Assembly (NCBI GenBank): GCA_002633005.1
Contig: NMRA01000006.1
Span: forward strand, 328,677-392,676
Direction: 5' to 3'
From: Phoronis australis
Lineage: Eukaryota; Animalia; Phoronida
DNA: 64,000 bases
Under the pieces are notes generated by a model that ran no database searches, was not told where the DNA came from, and saw only the letters and a program-made list of their open reading frames with translations. Both the position numbers and the translations under genes were made by a program. This document shows, piece after piece, positions 1 through 12,260 of the stretch (position 1 is the first letter of the stretch; every line of letters begins with the position of its first letter).

Positions 1-51
1 GCAGACCCTCCAGCACCCTTCTATTAAATAACAGATAACGCTGGATATTAC

Positions 52-190
52 CTGATCAACATGGACTTGAGGTCACTGTTATCATCGTCTGGCACCTCAA
101 ATTTGTTGGTGAGAGTCAGGGAGATCTCGATCTTTGCCATCTGTGCCCGAGCCTGTTCTTGCATTTGTTCGTCACCCACCTCAACTTCAC
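52..190 (-). CDS. IQGAP1: IQGAP exon 35 (last exon in window)
   Basis: GEVEVGDEQMQEQARAQMAKIEISLTLTNKFEVPDDDNSDLKSMLIR; gtaata donor follows. Confidence 0.95.
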
Positions 191-754
191 CTACAACGCA
201 CAAAGACGAGGCACGTTAAAGTCAGTTAGGAATTTTAAGACGAAGGAAAACTCGCCCCTGATTATTTTACGCTCCGCATGACTTTTAAAACAGACCACAC
301 TCTGCACATGAATCTCTGTTGACATCGCACAACTACGGTTACAAAATTCTCCAGCTTGGGACGGTGAAAACTAATTATTTTGCTCAAAGATGGAGCTTGC
401 ACCAAATTTTAGAAATAACCTATATGGGCTGTTCCAAATTCAAGGTTTTCGTTAAAGGACAAACGATCATTCAGAATGACATAACACATCTGAGTGATGC
501 ATAAAAACATTACGTCAACGTCTGTTTCGACCATTTTAGGAACTGCTAAGTCGATTTTGTCTTACAAAACACACAATACTTCTCAAAATACCAGCCACTA
601 TGACAGTGGCTGGTATTTTGAGAAATATAATGAACAGTAAAATTGACCATGTCCTGATTTTCGAAACCAAGAAAATTCAATTTCATCTTGACTCATGTCC
701 TCAGCCCATTATTTGTCATTTTGCTATGTTCAGTAATCAAAATCTAGTACACAC

Positions 755-857
755 CGACCAACTCCTCAATAGAGGGCGCATCACCAAGGTCCTCCATGAG
801 CTCATGCAATGGATCCTTCTCATCTATGGCGATAGAATCTTGATGCTCATACAGCAA
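755..857 (-). CDS. IQGAP1: IQGAP exon 34
   Basis: LLYEHQDSIAIDEKDPLHELMEDLGDAPSIEELV. Confidence 0.96.
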
Positions 858-1444
858 CTGGAAATGAACAAAATATATGAAATGCCACGTGACAGAGTTC
901 ACCCTACAATAATCTGGTTCAATAAACTGCAATGTACTTGGGTTCTATTGTTTTTTTGCAACATTGTACCAGGCTCACGAATCATTTTCTTGAACTGAGG
1001 ATATGGATCAATTGACCCACAGCGCCTCGAACCTACAGAGGACCTACGGATCATGTTACTATTACCTGTCCTGTTGTCAATTAGACTTTTTGGAGGAGGA
1101 AGCATTTTCAAGGGTCTCTATTGACTTCGGCTGCTAACACAGTAAGTTAGAAGTGATTGGTTTAAACCGCTAACTGCATTTCAATACAACCAAAAGCATA
1201 AACCCACGGCTGGGATCTGTATTTTCACAACATGCTATACCCCATACTGTAAACATTGCTGTTTTGTTTGTTAACATTAGTTTTTCTCAGCTGCCCTGCA
1301 GTCATTGGGCTAGAATTTGAATGCAATGCGGATTATTGCAGAGAAAATAAGCTGATAAAGACAATTTTAATGTTCTCTCTTTACTGCACTGTAATTCAAT
1401 CCTGCAATAAACTACTTCACATTATAGCACTATACTCATCTGGA

Positions 1445-1696
1445 AATATACTGTAGCTGTAATATACTGTAGAACTGTAGAATATACTGTAGGTGTAATA
1501 TACTGTAGAACTGTAGAATATACTGTAGGTGTAATATACTGTAGAACTGTAGAATATACTGTAGGTGTAATATACTGTAGAGCTGTAGAATATACTGTAG
1601 GTGTAATATACTGTAGAACTGTAGAATATACTGTAGGTGTAATATACTGTAGAACTGTAGATGTAATATACTGTAGATGTAATGTACTGTAGATGT
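1445..1696. repeat. Minisatellite, 36-bp higher-order unit (aatatactgtagaactgtag + aatatactgtaggtgt)
   Basis: About 7 directly visible tandem copies. Confidence 0.93.
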
Positions 1697-2445
1697 TTAG
1701 CTTAACAACTGTATTTGGTTAAGGCTATGAGAAATCCTAGAAGAAATGTCCAAATTTGGCGAACGTTGGAATCTCATACCTCAGATGCAGCAGACCGGAT
1801 TCAAGTGAAACGCGTGCTTTATGCACTGTTCTCGAACTGGTTTTAAAATGTCCCACTTTTGCATAATTAGCTATCAAATGTAGGATTTTCTAAATTTTTA
1901 AAGCAATGCATAAAACAGAAATGATACAACAAATAAATCTCTTGAGATAAAAATCTGTTTAAAAATACTAAATAAATCTAGAAAAATGTAAATTGTCAAT
2001 TATTTTTAAAATTATTGTTCTTCACTGAACTGCAACGAATGTCAGTGAAATACAGTTTACTAGTTTAATTGTTACACTTGGTGTTTGTACTGTACTGACA
2101 GTTCAACAATGTACTGTGCTCCACTCACAGTACAATAAGTACAGAGCAGTACATTACGGTACACTACAGTATGAGCTTATATTTGGATTTGACTTTTACT
2201 CCCTAAACTGACATTTTTTGAATACATGCCCTGGGCTTATCTGCAAAAAACTCCAGTATGTCTTACTGACAATTTACTCAAAGATAGATGCATATACTTC
2301 AAAATCAACAATAGAAACATGTTTCAATCAAATTTATTCCTAATACTAAAAATAAATCACCGCCGGGATTAGCTCAACAATTTCACTACTAGTCATTTTC
2401 CTCAAACTTTCCATGAACACTTTATAGAGTTAAGTTTTGCCATAC

Positions 2446-2578
2446 CTGATGAAGGTCCACGATTTCCTGGATTGATATGTAAATAACCGGCTTGGTTACC
2501 ATGGTAGCGTCCGTGAACTCGTCTACGTTGAATCGTGCCTCAGGTTCCTCCACATCGCACGCTAGACGGAAATAATTC
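2446..2578 (-). CDS. IQGAP1: IQGAP exon 33
   Basis: NYFRLACDVEEPEARFNVDEFTDATMVTKPVIYISIQEIVDLHQ. Confidence 0.96.
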
Positions 2579-2714
2579 CTAAAAAACCAAACCCAATGGG
2601 CATGACAGATGGAAAAGTCCTCTTTATCACTAACAAGGATACTTCTATGCAAATTGCTACGTGAACAAATTAATCATCATCTCAACTGATTGAAGCCATG
2701 TAAATCAACTGGGC

Positions 2715-2965
2715 TGTGTCCCTAATGTCTTGTACCTATGTACTGACAAGGTACAATATACTATGACACAAACTGTCTCTAATGTCTTGTACCTATCCAC
2801 TGACAACTTGAAGGTAAAAGAGACCGTGAAATAGACTGCCTCTAATGTCTTGTACCTATCTACTGACAACTTGAAGGTAAAAGAGACCGTGAAATAGACT
2901 GCCTCTAATGTCTTGTACCTATCTACTGACAAGGTAAAAGAGACTGTGAAACAGACTCTCTAATG
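2715..2965. repeat. Tandem repeat, ~57-63-bp unit (ctaatgtcttgtacctatctactgacaa...)
   Basis: About 4 copies; explains the repetitive ORF 2705..2932. Confidence 0.9.
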
Positions 2966-3217
2966 CTTTAGTAGAATGTTGAATATCTCACTCAGTGCTA
3001 CTAGTGAGTGAATGATCACTACCAAATCAGACAATCAGACTATTGTTAATCCTAGAGTCACATGTGCTATGTATAGTAGACCTAAGACACTAACACAAAA
3101 AGTTAACATTATCACATGCTTTAGTTGTAATGCATGGCAATATCTCATGGAGTCTTGTGTGATGCTACATTTTTAAGAGTTCCTTAAGTTTACAGAATTC
3201 ATGCGTGGGCTACTTAC

Positions 3218-3285
3218 TTGAACTTGTCATGTGCCTCACGTATGTAGGAGTTTAGACAGGCCAAATGTTGACTCTCTCCTCCAAA
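3218..3285 (-). CDS. IQGAP1: IQGAP exon 32
   Basis: FGGESQHLACLNSYIREAHDKFK. Confidence 0.94.
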
Positions 3286-3643
3286 CTACAACAAACACAT
3301 GCTGGCTACAAACAGAACATCTCTACGGCATTACACGTCACGAGGCATGGGCAAATGAGGAATGTTCATTGAAGACTGAATATTTACCACAGACTTTTCT
3401 GAACAGTTTCTGAGAAATCAGAACGTGGTCAATGTAGGATAAATGTTCACATTGCCCTTAACGAGAGAAATTGTCAAATTATCTAAGTATTGAAATCCTA
3501 TGGTCACTCTTAGGACATTTGAGTACTTTTTAGTATTCTGGCTAGGCAAATTACTATTCTGCCTAAAGAAAGATTAAGCATTTTGCTTTTCTGTCTGGGC
3601 AAATTATTATTCCATCTAGGCAGCTTACTATTCTGTCTGGGCT

Positions 3644-4349
3644 GGGGTCCATTTCATGAACCTCTGTCTTAACTGAAATTGGGCTAACTTAAGACCAAAA
3701 TGTTTTGGACCCATTTCACGAAATTCCTTAAGACCAAAATTTAAGACTTAAGTCAGTCTAACCTAGGACTAAAAGTTAACCTGATACAGAGTAGGCTTAA
3801 GATTGAAATTTGGTCAAATCACCAAAATTTAGGACTATTATCATTGTAAACTATTGAGGAACAAATTTCATCGATATTTTTCACAATCTAATGTCTCTAA
3901 ACAATGTCAAATTGAAGATCACCTGCCTTCGATTCGAGAAGCGGCAAAGACCGTAGAGACAATGCAGTGCCATTTATCAGCACGCATAAAATGATATTTT
4001 CCAGCCATATCGGGGTGTTCTCAAGCAAGCGAGATCCCAGCTGTACCCAAAATGTTGAAAATAAATCCCCACTTAAAGTTTCCAGGCCAAGCTCATTCTA
4101 GTAACCGTATTTCACATCAGATCTCTTAAGTTTTTTTTGAATTCGCAACAGGTGGCGAATGCTCACCTATGCCAAAACCCTGCTTAATTTCGGTCTAAGT
4201 TGAGACTCCAGACCAAAAATGGACTTAGTGTAATGAAACGTTCTTTCCTGAATTTTCGCTTTCGGTCTTAACTTAGCCCGATTTTTGGTCTTGACTTGTT
4301 TTTGGGCTCATGTCATAAGTCTTAAGACAGTTTCCATGAAATGGGACCT
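3644..4349. mobile_element. PIF/Harbinger-like MITE
   Basis: Imperfect terminal inverted repeats ggggtccatttcatgaa / ttccatgaaatgggacc with subterminal cttaagac motifs. Related termini occur at ~59735-59975 and ~54400-54440. Confidence 0.6.
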
Positions 4350-4849
4350 AGGTGACTATCGGGGTAGACTTTTACTAAGTCTACGCAGATATTCCGCTTA
4401 CTGGATTTCTATTCCGTCAGGACACTGTCAGATTACTATTCTGCCTGAGTAGATTTTATTAAGTCAGGGCAAATGTTCCGCTTGGGCAAATTTCCATTTC
4501 CCCAGGAAGATCAACAGATCTGTGGACTATTCCACCCTGGAGGAGAAGCAAACCATAACTGTGGAATAGTAATCAGCGGGATTTTTCCAGTGTCCAAACA
4601 GATTCACCCACACACGGCACAATTAGTAGTGCGAGCACTAGTTTGTTGTGAAACGACAAACAAATGTTACGTACATGCTAAGACAAGATGCAACTTAGTC
4701 AAAAGTAAACAAATCAGAAAGTAGTTAAAGTGGTAATAAAAACCCGCCTTCCATCACAAAATGTGATTTAGAGCACTTAAAGTTTTAAAATTGGTTGCAA
4801 GTTGTTGCTTAATGCCGAAATGATTTCAGGGCTTGAAAGAACCGACAGT

Positions 4850-5305
4850 ATGTTATTGGTCGAGACCAAGCAGCACAATTTGACTTGTCACAGCGTGTTA
4901 TTGGTCGAGACCAAGCAGGACAATTTGACTTGCCATGGCGTGTTATTGGTCGAGACCAAGCAACACAATTTGACTTGTCATGGCGGGTTATTGGTCGAGA
5001 TCAAGCAACACAATTTGACTTGTCACAGCGTCTTATTGGTCGAGACCTAGCAACACAATATGACTTGTCAGAGTGTGTGTTATTGGTTGAGACCAAGCAG
5101 CACAATTTGACTTGTCACAGCGTCTTATTGGTCGAGACCAAGCAGCACAATTTGACTTGTCGTGGCGTGTTATTGGTTGAGACCAAGCACCACAATTTGA
5201 CTTGTCGCAGCGTGTTATTGGTCGAGACCAAGCAACACAATTTGACTTGTCGTGGCGTGTTATTGGTTGAGACCAAGCACCACAATTTGACTTGTCACAG
5301 CGTGT
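4850..5305. repeat. Minisatellite, 45-bp unit (tgttattggtcgagaccaagcagcacaatttgacttgtcacagcg)
   Basis: About 10 copies; source of ORFs 4802..5050, 4885..5382 and 5033..5317. Confidence 0.95.
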
Positions 5306-6002
5306 CATTGTACGCATGCAGTTCTTTGCAAGTCCAGAATTCTATCCTCATTCTGAGTAAGGATTATGAAAGTTGGACGTAACGCGATTATTTATAACCA
5401 CTTTGAATGCACTAGAAAGGACCTAGGCTAGTGACTGCCAAACTTTACTTGACTAAAAAATTGACCAATGGCGTAGCACGCTTTGGGTATACTTTCATGT
5501 TTGAAGCGATGTAATTGGTCAATTTTGGAGTCAAATTTCGAGTAGTTGGTTGGTCATGAGCCCATGTAAAACAAACTATTACAACAGATGTTACTCTTTC
5601 TAGAGAAACATGCTTGACATGCCTGACATAGTTGTTGTTCAAATTTCAATCAGCCACCAATGAGTATAGTCGGATGCGTCAACTAATGCAATATGCATCC
5701 AAAATCAAAATTTTCAAACAAACCAAATTGAATACAGTTCCCCATTTTACTGACCATCAGGGTAGAAATGGTCGCTTTATGCAATCGAATTCGCAAGTGC
5801 AAGCAAAGCACGATTCAGAAATTTTAGAACCATTCTGACCCCACCGACACAGCCAGCTCCAACAAAAGGCTAGCAGTGACTAGATGGTCACAGGAACATC
5901 ACAAGGCCACCAAAGAGTGACTGATAGCAGTGATTTGTCATATTTACAAAACAAGCACAGCAAAATTGCTTCATCAATAAAGGTCAGGCAAAAGAGAATT
6001 AC

Positions 6003-6170
6003 CCCTTTGTTAGAGGCAGCAAACTGAAGTATTTTGGCAATTGAGCCAAGGTTCCTTCTCTGATCGTTAGTCAGTGTCTTCTTCTCGGCACTTATGTCAA
6101 TAATGTCGAAGGCATCAGGGGAGACAATCGCCGAGTTGATGTACCGGTAGTACAGCAAGTTACCCACAAT
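6003..6170 (-). CDS. IQGAP1: IQGAP exon 31 (GRD, YYR motif)
   Basis: IVGNLLYYRYINSAIVSPDAFDIIDISAEKKTLTNDQRRNLGSIAKILQFAASNKG. Confidence 0.97.
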
Positions 6171-6770
6171 CTGAAGACAAAGAATTGTACAGTTATAATT
6201 TACTAAAAGAATCAACAATTAAGACGAGTCATGCTCTATTGAAAACGCCATTCTGTTTAGAAGGCATTGATAAACCTCAATTGATAGCCTCTCCAATTTG
6301 TTTAATTTCTTATAACCTTAAGCTTGGGAATATTGTATAAAGTGATATCTAAAACAAGATCCGACTGCTGCCAAATGCAGAGACCAACATTCAAGGTATG
6401 CTGTTACATGTATAAATATTCAAAAAAACATATCTTAAAAAAAAACATCTTAAAAAATTGCTGCCCAAAAAACATTCTAATACTCATTGATATTAGGACA
6501 TACATCAGTAACTGTGGGCAAAAATAGCTCATGAAATTGCCAATTTTAGAAATATCGTATTGCTGCTGATGTTTAAAATTTGCTAAATACGATTGAGTGA
6601 TGACTAACAGCACCCACTGCACAAACTGCACCACCGACAGAATTTTTAAACATTTTAGTCGAGAAATTACTAAATCAAATTATTACTAAACATCAAATCA
6701 TGTGCTGCCCAAAATATTGTATGGTGTTTAACACCTTTAAATATTAATACAAAACTAAAAATAATCATAC

Positions 6771-6855
6771 TTTAAGAATATCTTTCTCCACAGCTTCCGG
6801 AAACTTTGCTTCCAATGCACTCTTCATCACCTTAGCAATATACCTCATGCCATAA
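6771..6855 (-). CDS. IQGAP1: IQGAP exon 30 (GRD)
   Basis: YGMRYIAKVMKSALEAKFPEAVEKDILK. Confidence 0.96.
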
Positions 6856-7399
6856 CTGGAACAGAGAAGTTGGTAACAGATGATACACAGCCTGTCACAG
6901 CACCACCTATAGAGCAGATGATACACAACTCCTACCACAGCGCCACCTGTAGAGCAGACTGGCCATGTGAAAGGATGATGACTGGCACACAGAAATCCGT
7001 GTCTGGGAATCAGAGTGCATGCCTCAGTTTGAATGTTTGTCGTAAACACAGTGGTCCAGAAATGAGCCAGAAAGTCTAACGAATGGTTTTGTTGTTTATT
7101 TGAGCTCTTGTTATGTTGAGTCACAAAACACAAATAAGTGCAAAATGCTTCAATTAATGCCTGTTCTTACTGTTTCAATGTGTTTTGAGACTCACATCAC
7201 TACACTATCGACGTCATGGAGTTCCTAAATTAATAAAAATCACTGCAGGCGGTCTGCTACGCGTTGTACCAGACGTGCACAGGCCGCTAAGGTGGGCCCA
7301 GTGCACTGATCACCTGGAACCTTTTCTATGCTTTGTTAACTATATGCTATTAGTTGAAACTGAACTGGGGTGCTAGAAACCTGACTCAAGTGTCTAGCA

Positions 7400-7467
7400 G
7401 TGTGCCCCAGTAGGACTTGAACCCACGACCTTGAGTAAAGGAAACGGAACTTATCCCACAAGGCCAC
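7400..7467 (-). mobile_element. tRNA-derived SINE head (degenerate)
   Basis: Minus strand has A-box-like TGGCCTTGTGG and B-box GGTTCAAGTCC at tRNA spacing, without an intact cloverleaf. Confidence 0.5.
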
Positions 7468-7583
7468 ATTTCCTCCTTAATTCTTCGGTTACTCCAACGG
7501 GCCGCTTACTCGATCTATTTCAGCAATTTCTACTTTAACTGATCCAACACAAACACAAACACAAACACAAACAGAACACGTAC

Positions 7584-7724
7584 GGTATCTTATCCAACGA
7601 CTGCAATATGTGCTGCAGAAACTTATCCGTCGTCTTTCTCAACTCCTGTACCGATTGGTCAATCCTCTTCCTGACCTCCTCGTGACTGAGAGCCTGCTCT
7701 ATGGTTACATCATATGGCAAACCA
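7584..7724 (-). CDS. IQGAP1: IQGAP exon 29 (GRD)
   Basis: GLPYDVTIEQALSHEEVRKRIDQSVQELRKTTDKFLQHILQSLDKIP. Confidence 0.96.
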
Positions 7725-7752
7725 CTGTAACAGGAAGGGGAAATTTAATAAT

Positions 7753-7900
7753 TTAAGGTTACGTAAGACTTTATATATATTCAGCCAAATATTTACAAAA
7801 CTATAGATTGCAACTCAGTAAAAGTACTTATTTCCTGAAAGTAGAGAACCTGTGGAATTTCATTTTTGACTTTATACCAATCTGAGGTATGAGTTGTAAG
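7753..7900. mobile_element. Kolobok-like non-autonomous DNA element fragment (family C)
   Basis: TTAA|GGTTACGTAA terminus. The internal tgaaagtagagaacctgtggaattt motif is shared with ~15060-15170 and ~19660-19750. Confidence 0.5.
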
Positions 7901-8484
7901 TTTTGATTCCAATATTACACCAACTTAAACCTGTCACAAATAGTTGGAAAAAATACTTAGGGCTATTAATATTTAACGTACCACCTGGCAAAAACTTGTT
8001 TTAGGCCACTTCCTGTCACTAGTATCAATGTGTTTCTTATGAAATTTGAAGTGATTTGTAGGCTTTGGAAACACTGACAGTTTGTTACTACTCAAATCCA
8101 CTTTCAGTTTGTTTCACCCAATCTTGTCATTTTACGTTGTCAGTTCTTCCCAAACACAGAAATCCCTTCTCGTCCTACGAAGGAATAATGACCCGGGACC
8201 AGTTTAGTAATTGTAAGTGGCCCAAGTCAAAAGCTAGTTCACTTTATATAGTTTATACAGCAGCTTGCATGGGTTACAATCAAACATGTTCATATTAGTT
8301 CACAAACTGGCCACCAGGGGACTTCGCATCAAGCATAAACCACATTTCCAACATAGTATCCAAGGCTAACTCATTTCATTAAATGCTGAAAAAATTCTCA
8401 ATTCATCTGAACTCAATTTAAATGTTTATCCCAGTCAGTGATGCTAGGTAGAAATTAGAGTCACAAAATCCTTTGTCCATTCAC

Positions 8485-8634
8485 CTGGCCTGTCCAGTCT
8501 CAGACTCTGTTTGATTAACCCAGGCTTTGTACACCTCTATCGGGTTGGTATTGATCTTGAGTGATCGGTCATCCATGACCGACTTGACCAGTGGGTTCAA
8601 CATCTCACGCAGGTAGCTCTGACCACGTGCATTC
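8485..8634 (-). CDS. IQGAP1: IQGAP exon 28 (GRD)
   Basis: NARGQSYLREMLNPLVKSVMDDRSLKINTNPIEVYKAWVNQTESETGQA. Confidence 0.96.
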
Positions 8635-8987
8635 CTGAAACAGAGAAGTCTCCGATGAAAATCATGGTATACCACAAAAATATGAATGATTTCTGGTGGG
8701 TGTTTAAAGCAAAATTTAAAAATTAGTTTACTAAAAGTTTGAATCCAAATTTGCGTTGTTGAAATACGTCAACAGTTCAGTGTACAGTAGATTTACTCCT
8801 GACAATTCAAATGAAGTTAACATGGACTTCACTACAGTAAAAATATATATAACCCAGGGAGCATTAAGCTTAGTGTATTTACATTTTATTACAACAAAGT
8901 TCTGGAACTTGTCTGTAATACACCTACTAGTAATGAAATCAAGTGTCAACAAAATGACATCAGTATTTACGTCGACTGTTTCATTAC

Positions 8988-9062
8988 CTGTTGAACCCAA
9001 CCACCATCTTCACCACCATTGGGTTTCCTGTTACAATGTCTGTCATGGTTTCAACACGTGAA
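8988..9062 (-). CDS. IQGAP1: IQGAP exon 27 (GRD)
   Basis: SRVETMTDIVTGNPMVVKMVVGFNR. Confidence 0.95.
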
Positions 9063-11308
9063 CTAAAGTGAAACAAGACGATGAGAAACGGTCAGCTTAG
9101 GGCAAGGAGGACTAAGACTGAGGAGTTAAGTACATTTCCTGTTTATTGAGAAGTTTAGGACACTTCACACAATTTTCATATTAAGTAAACAGTATGGTGA
9201 ACAAATTTCAGTTTAGAACACAGTGTGACGGGCTTGTATAGTAAACCTGTCATAACAGTTGCTGTTTCTTCACTGAATTTTATCAATTATTCTTCTCAGA
9301 AAAAATAATAGTCAATCAATAACAGATCCAACATTACCAAAAATCACCACCCTCGACAAACAGAGCCTCTACAACATAATTACCCATAATGCATTGCTAT
9401 AACTCATGACAACAGTTAGAAATCTGCAGCTTTGGTTAATCACATCAAAAATGCACAAGACATACTTCTAGTTCTTACAATGAGCAACAGGTGTCACTTC
9501 TATTAAGTCATGCAGCACGGACTATGACAAACAGCATTCACTTCATGGCAAGCTAATTAATACATCTGTCAAGTAAAAGCTCGAAGGTGATTTTTGCCTC
9601 AATACTGAGTGACTGCGCATGTATGTTTGTGTCTCAGATGAGGGCTATACGTAATGGATGGATTTCAAACTTGCTGTCAGATCTTCGTGGTAGTGAGCAA
9701 TTAACTTAAATGTCTCACAAACTTAACTAATGGAAGTTTGAGGAAAATGATCATCAAGAGAATGAATATTTTTTAAAATCTTTGATTCAACTGTCCTAAA
9801 AATTTTAAACAAAAAGTTGTTTTACAAAGAATCTCCGTCTGTGAACTGTAGGTGGCCTGAACGGTACTTCAACACAAACCTCACTACCATCTAAGACCAT
9901 AACCTATCACAAGAAAGGAACCAGACATGGGTTTAAAAGCAATTAGGCAAAGGATGAAGACCAAACAGTCCAGGAGGTGGCCTTCACAAAACAGCAAGGC
10001 ATCCTGTGTCCCAATGGTTGTGATGGTATTCAGTTGCGCCGAAATCACATGCTTGTGAAATGCCATACAGTGCATACCAATGAGTTAGATTTGAAATAAA
10101 TATGACTCAGATGTTGATTTGTGATCAAAGGGCCTAATAGGTAAGTAAACAAAAATTTGTAACTGATCCTTATTAAATGGTTCTCATGCTCACCACACCA
10201 GGTGACCTTGGATCAGTTGCTTATGCAAAGCAGTTTCATTCAATAAACAGTGTGATTGCCTCTAACCGACCAATAAAACGATGGGTGCTATCAGGTCAAA
10301 GGTCAACTATAAAGCATGACTGGATATAAGGGGGAGTTGAACATGCACTAAAGAGAACTTGGAATGAGAAACTTAAGTGCCTTCTATCTAGAGACCTGTT
10401 TGAAAAGCAAAACAAATTTATCTTTAAAGATAAATACCAAGTCACCAAATCGAAACTTTGCCTAAAAGTAGTGCAAGATCTCAAACAATGATTAACTTGT
10501 CATCTATTTTAATTTATATTTTCTCTCGTCAAAATGCTTGAAGAAGTGACAAAACGAAAAAATATCGTCAAGAACGTTAACCTGTTAATGAACATTATAT
10601 TTTGGTTGCGTTGCCGATAACGACAGCTGTCATATGATTCATTATTGGAAAACCCAACGCCTCAAGAGTTGTCATTAGATAATGAAGTTAATTTGACGCA
10701 TCAGAACAAAAATTACAAAATTGATTCTAGTTTGCAGATTTCTTGATAAGTGATGCCGTCATACAGTATTTTGTAGATATCCAATAATTTTCAAAAACAA
10801 AAAGTCACCCGATGCCACCCAAAATATATTCGGATTCCATTAATTTCCAGCAGCACCTTTATTCTCTTTTGTCAGCTGGAGCAGAGCAATGACACGCATG
10901 AGTGCCCTCTGTTGACAGTGGGAGGGGGAAAGTCGCAGGGGGAACCGTCGCGAGTCAAAACCAAGACAAGGTAAGGCCGTGAAAGAAGGGATTATTGCCG
11001 AGTTGCCAATTGAATTCATTAAAAAAAATAGCTTAGAAGTGCCTGAGTGACTTTTGAGAAAAAAATTGCTGAAATGATGCGGGTGAGCATTTTTTCTTTA
11101 AAAAGTGAGGCACAGGTTTCACAAGTCGGGCGCAGACCAGAATCAATCACGTAATTTTTTCCTAAAATTGATGTTCTAAAAAAGACTATGTAATCGTAAA
11201 CATACAGCACACTATAATCTTAAGTCGTTATGAGTTACAGCGTAACATTGCACATGATCACTATAAGCACGTCATACAACAAGGAAAACGTTTCGATCAA
11301 ACACATAT

Positions 11309-11546
11309 CAAGGCTTGGAATGATCAATGACAAACAAGAGGAAAAATTTCCAGGTGATGTATTGCTCCACAAACAAATAAATAGGCTTGTGTGATAGAAA
11401 TATATTTTTGTGTTATAAGATTAGACTGATTTAAGTTAATGTTTTTGCAAGCATAAAGTCAAAATAATAATAATAATAACAATAATAAAGAGACGGAACA
11501 AGAAGAAACTGGAAATCCTCTTAAAAGGGAAAAATTCCAAGCCCTG
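11309..11546. mobile_element. hAT-like MITE (family B), copy 1
   Basis: 13-bp TIRs caaggcttggaat / attccaagccctg; body similar to 18785-19039. Confidence 0.8.
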
Positions 11547-12260
11547 ATATATAAAAAATGGCTAATGACTAATGAATATCATACACTGGGAATTACAAAA
11601 CAATCTAAGGGTCAGTACTACGCAAGCAGTTAATGTATCACAGACTAACGAAATACTTACAGTCTCCTAAAACAATATTAAGCAAATGAACAGTATTAAG
11701 ATATGCAATAGGCAAATACAATGAGTAGTCCATCTAGAAAATTTACTAGATTGTGTTAATGTGCTTAAACGGGGAAATGTGAAATTAAATGTAGTTTCAA
11801 AAGAGCGGGAGGTAATGGCGTCACAGTTCTGGGGTGGCCGGACTTGTAATCCGAATGTCGCTAAAAACACATTGGAAAGTAGTGCTCAGCAAATCAGGTT
11901 TGAAAGAAAATGTGTCGTCTATAGACTATCTACAGAAACAACACCACTGACCAAGTTAATCAAGTTAAGCCCATCTACCAACAGATGTCTCTGCCACTTG
12001 ACCACCAAGCAGATAACCAACACTGCTTCAGATACTGACATTTCCCCAACCAATCGGAAGGAATGGCACCAGCTCCTTCACCAATGAGACTATACTACGT
12101 AACACCATCAATCAATTGCATCGTGCTGCACCACACCATCAACCAATCACAACTTCTTGTTCAACCCCATCAACCAATCACATCTTATGTTCCACCCACC
12201 GACCAATCAAAACCATCCAGCACCACCTTAACAACCAATCACACAACACTGTGCCCTTAC

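Noticed and set aside
600-998. 132-aa plus-strand ORF antisense to exon 34
   Set aside because: No recognisable domain; it is an antisense shadow of a real exon plus AT-rich intron.
4850-5305. CRISPR-like appearance of regular repeats (also 1445-1696 and 2715-2965)
   Set aside because: The units are contiguous with no unique spacers, there are no cas genes, and the context is a eukaryotic intron.
4802-5382. Long repetitive ORFs (VLLVETKQHNLTCHS)n and overlapping frames
   Set aside because: By-product of a 45-bp (multiple of 3) intronic minisatellite; open in several frames and strands, with a frameshift midway.
7400-7467. tRNA gene (also 30468-30530)
   Set aside because: A and B boxes are present but no consistent cloverleaf; better explained as SINE heads.
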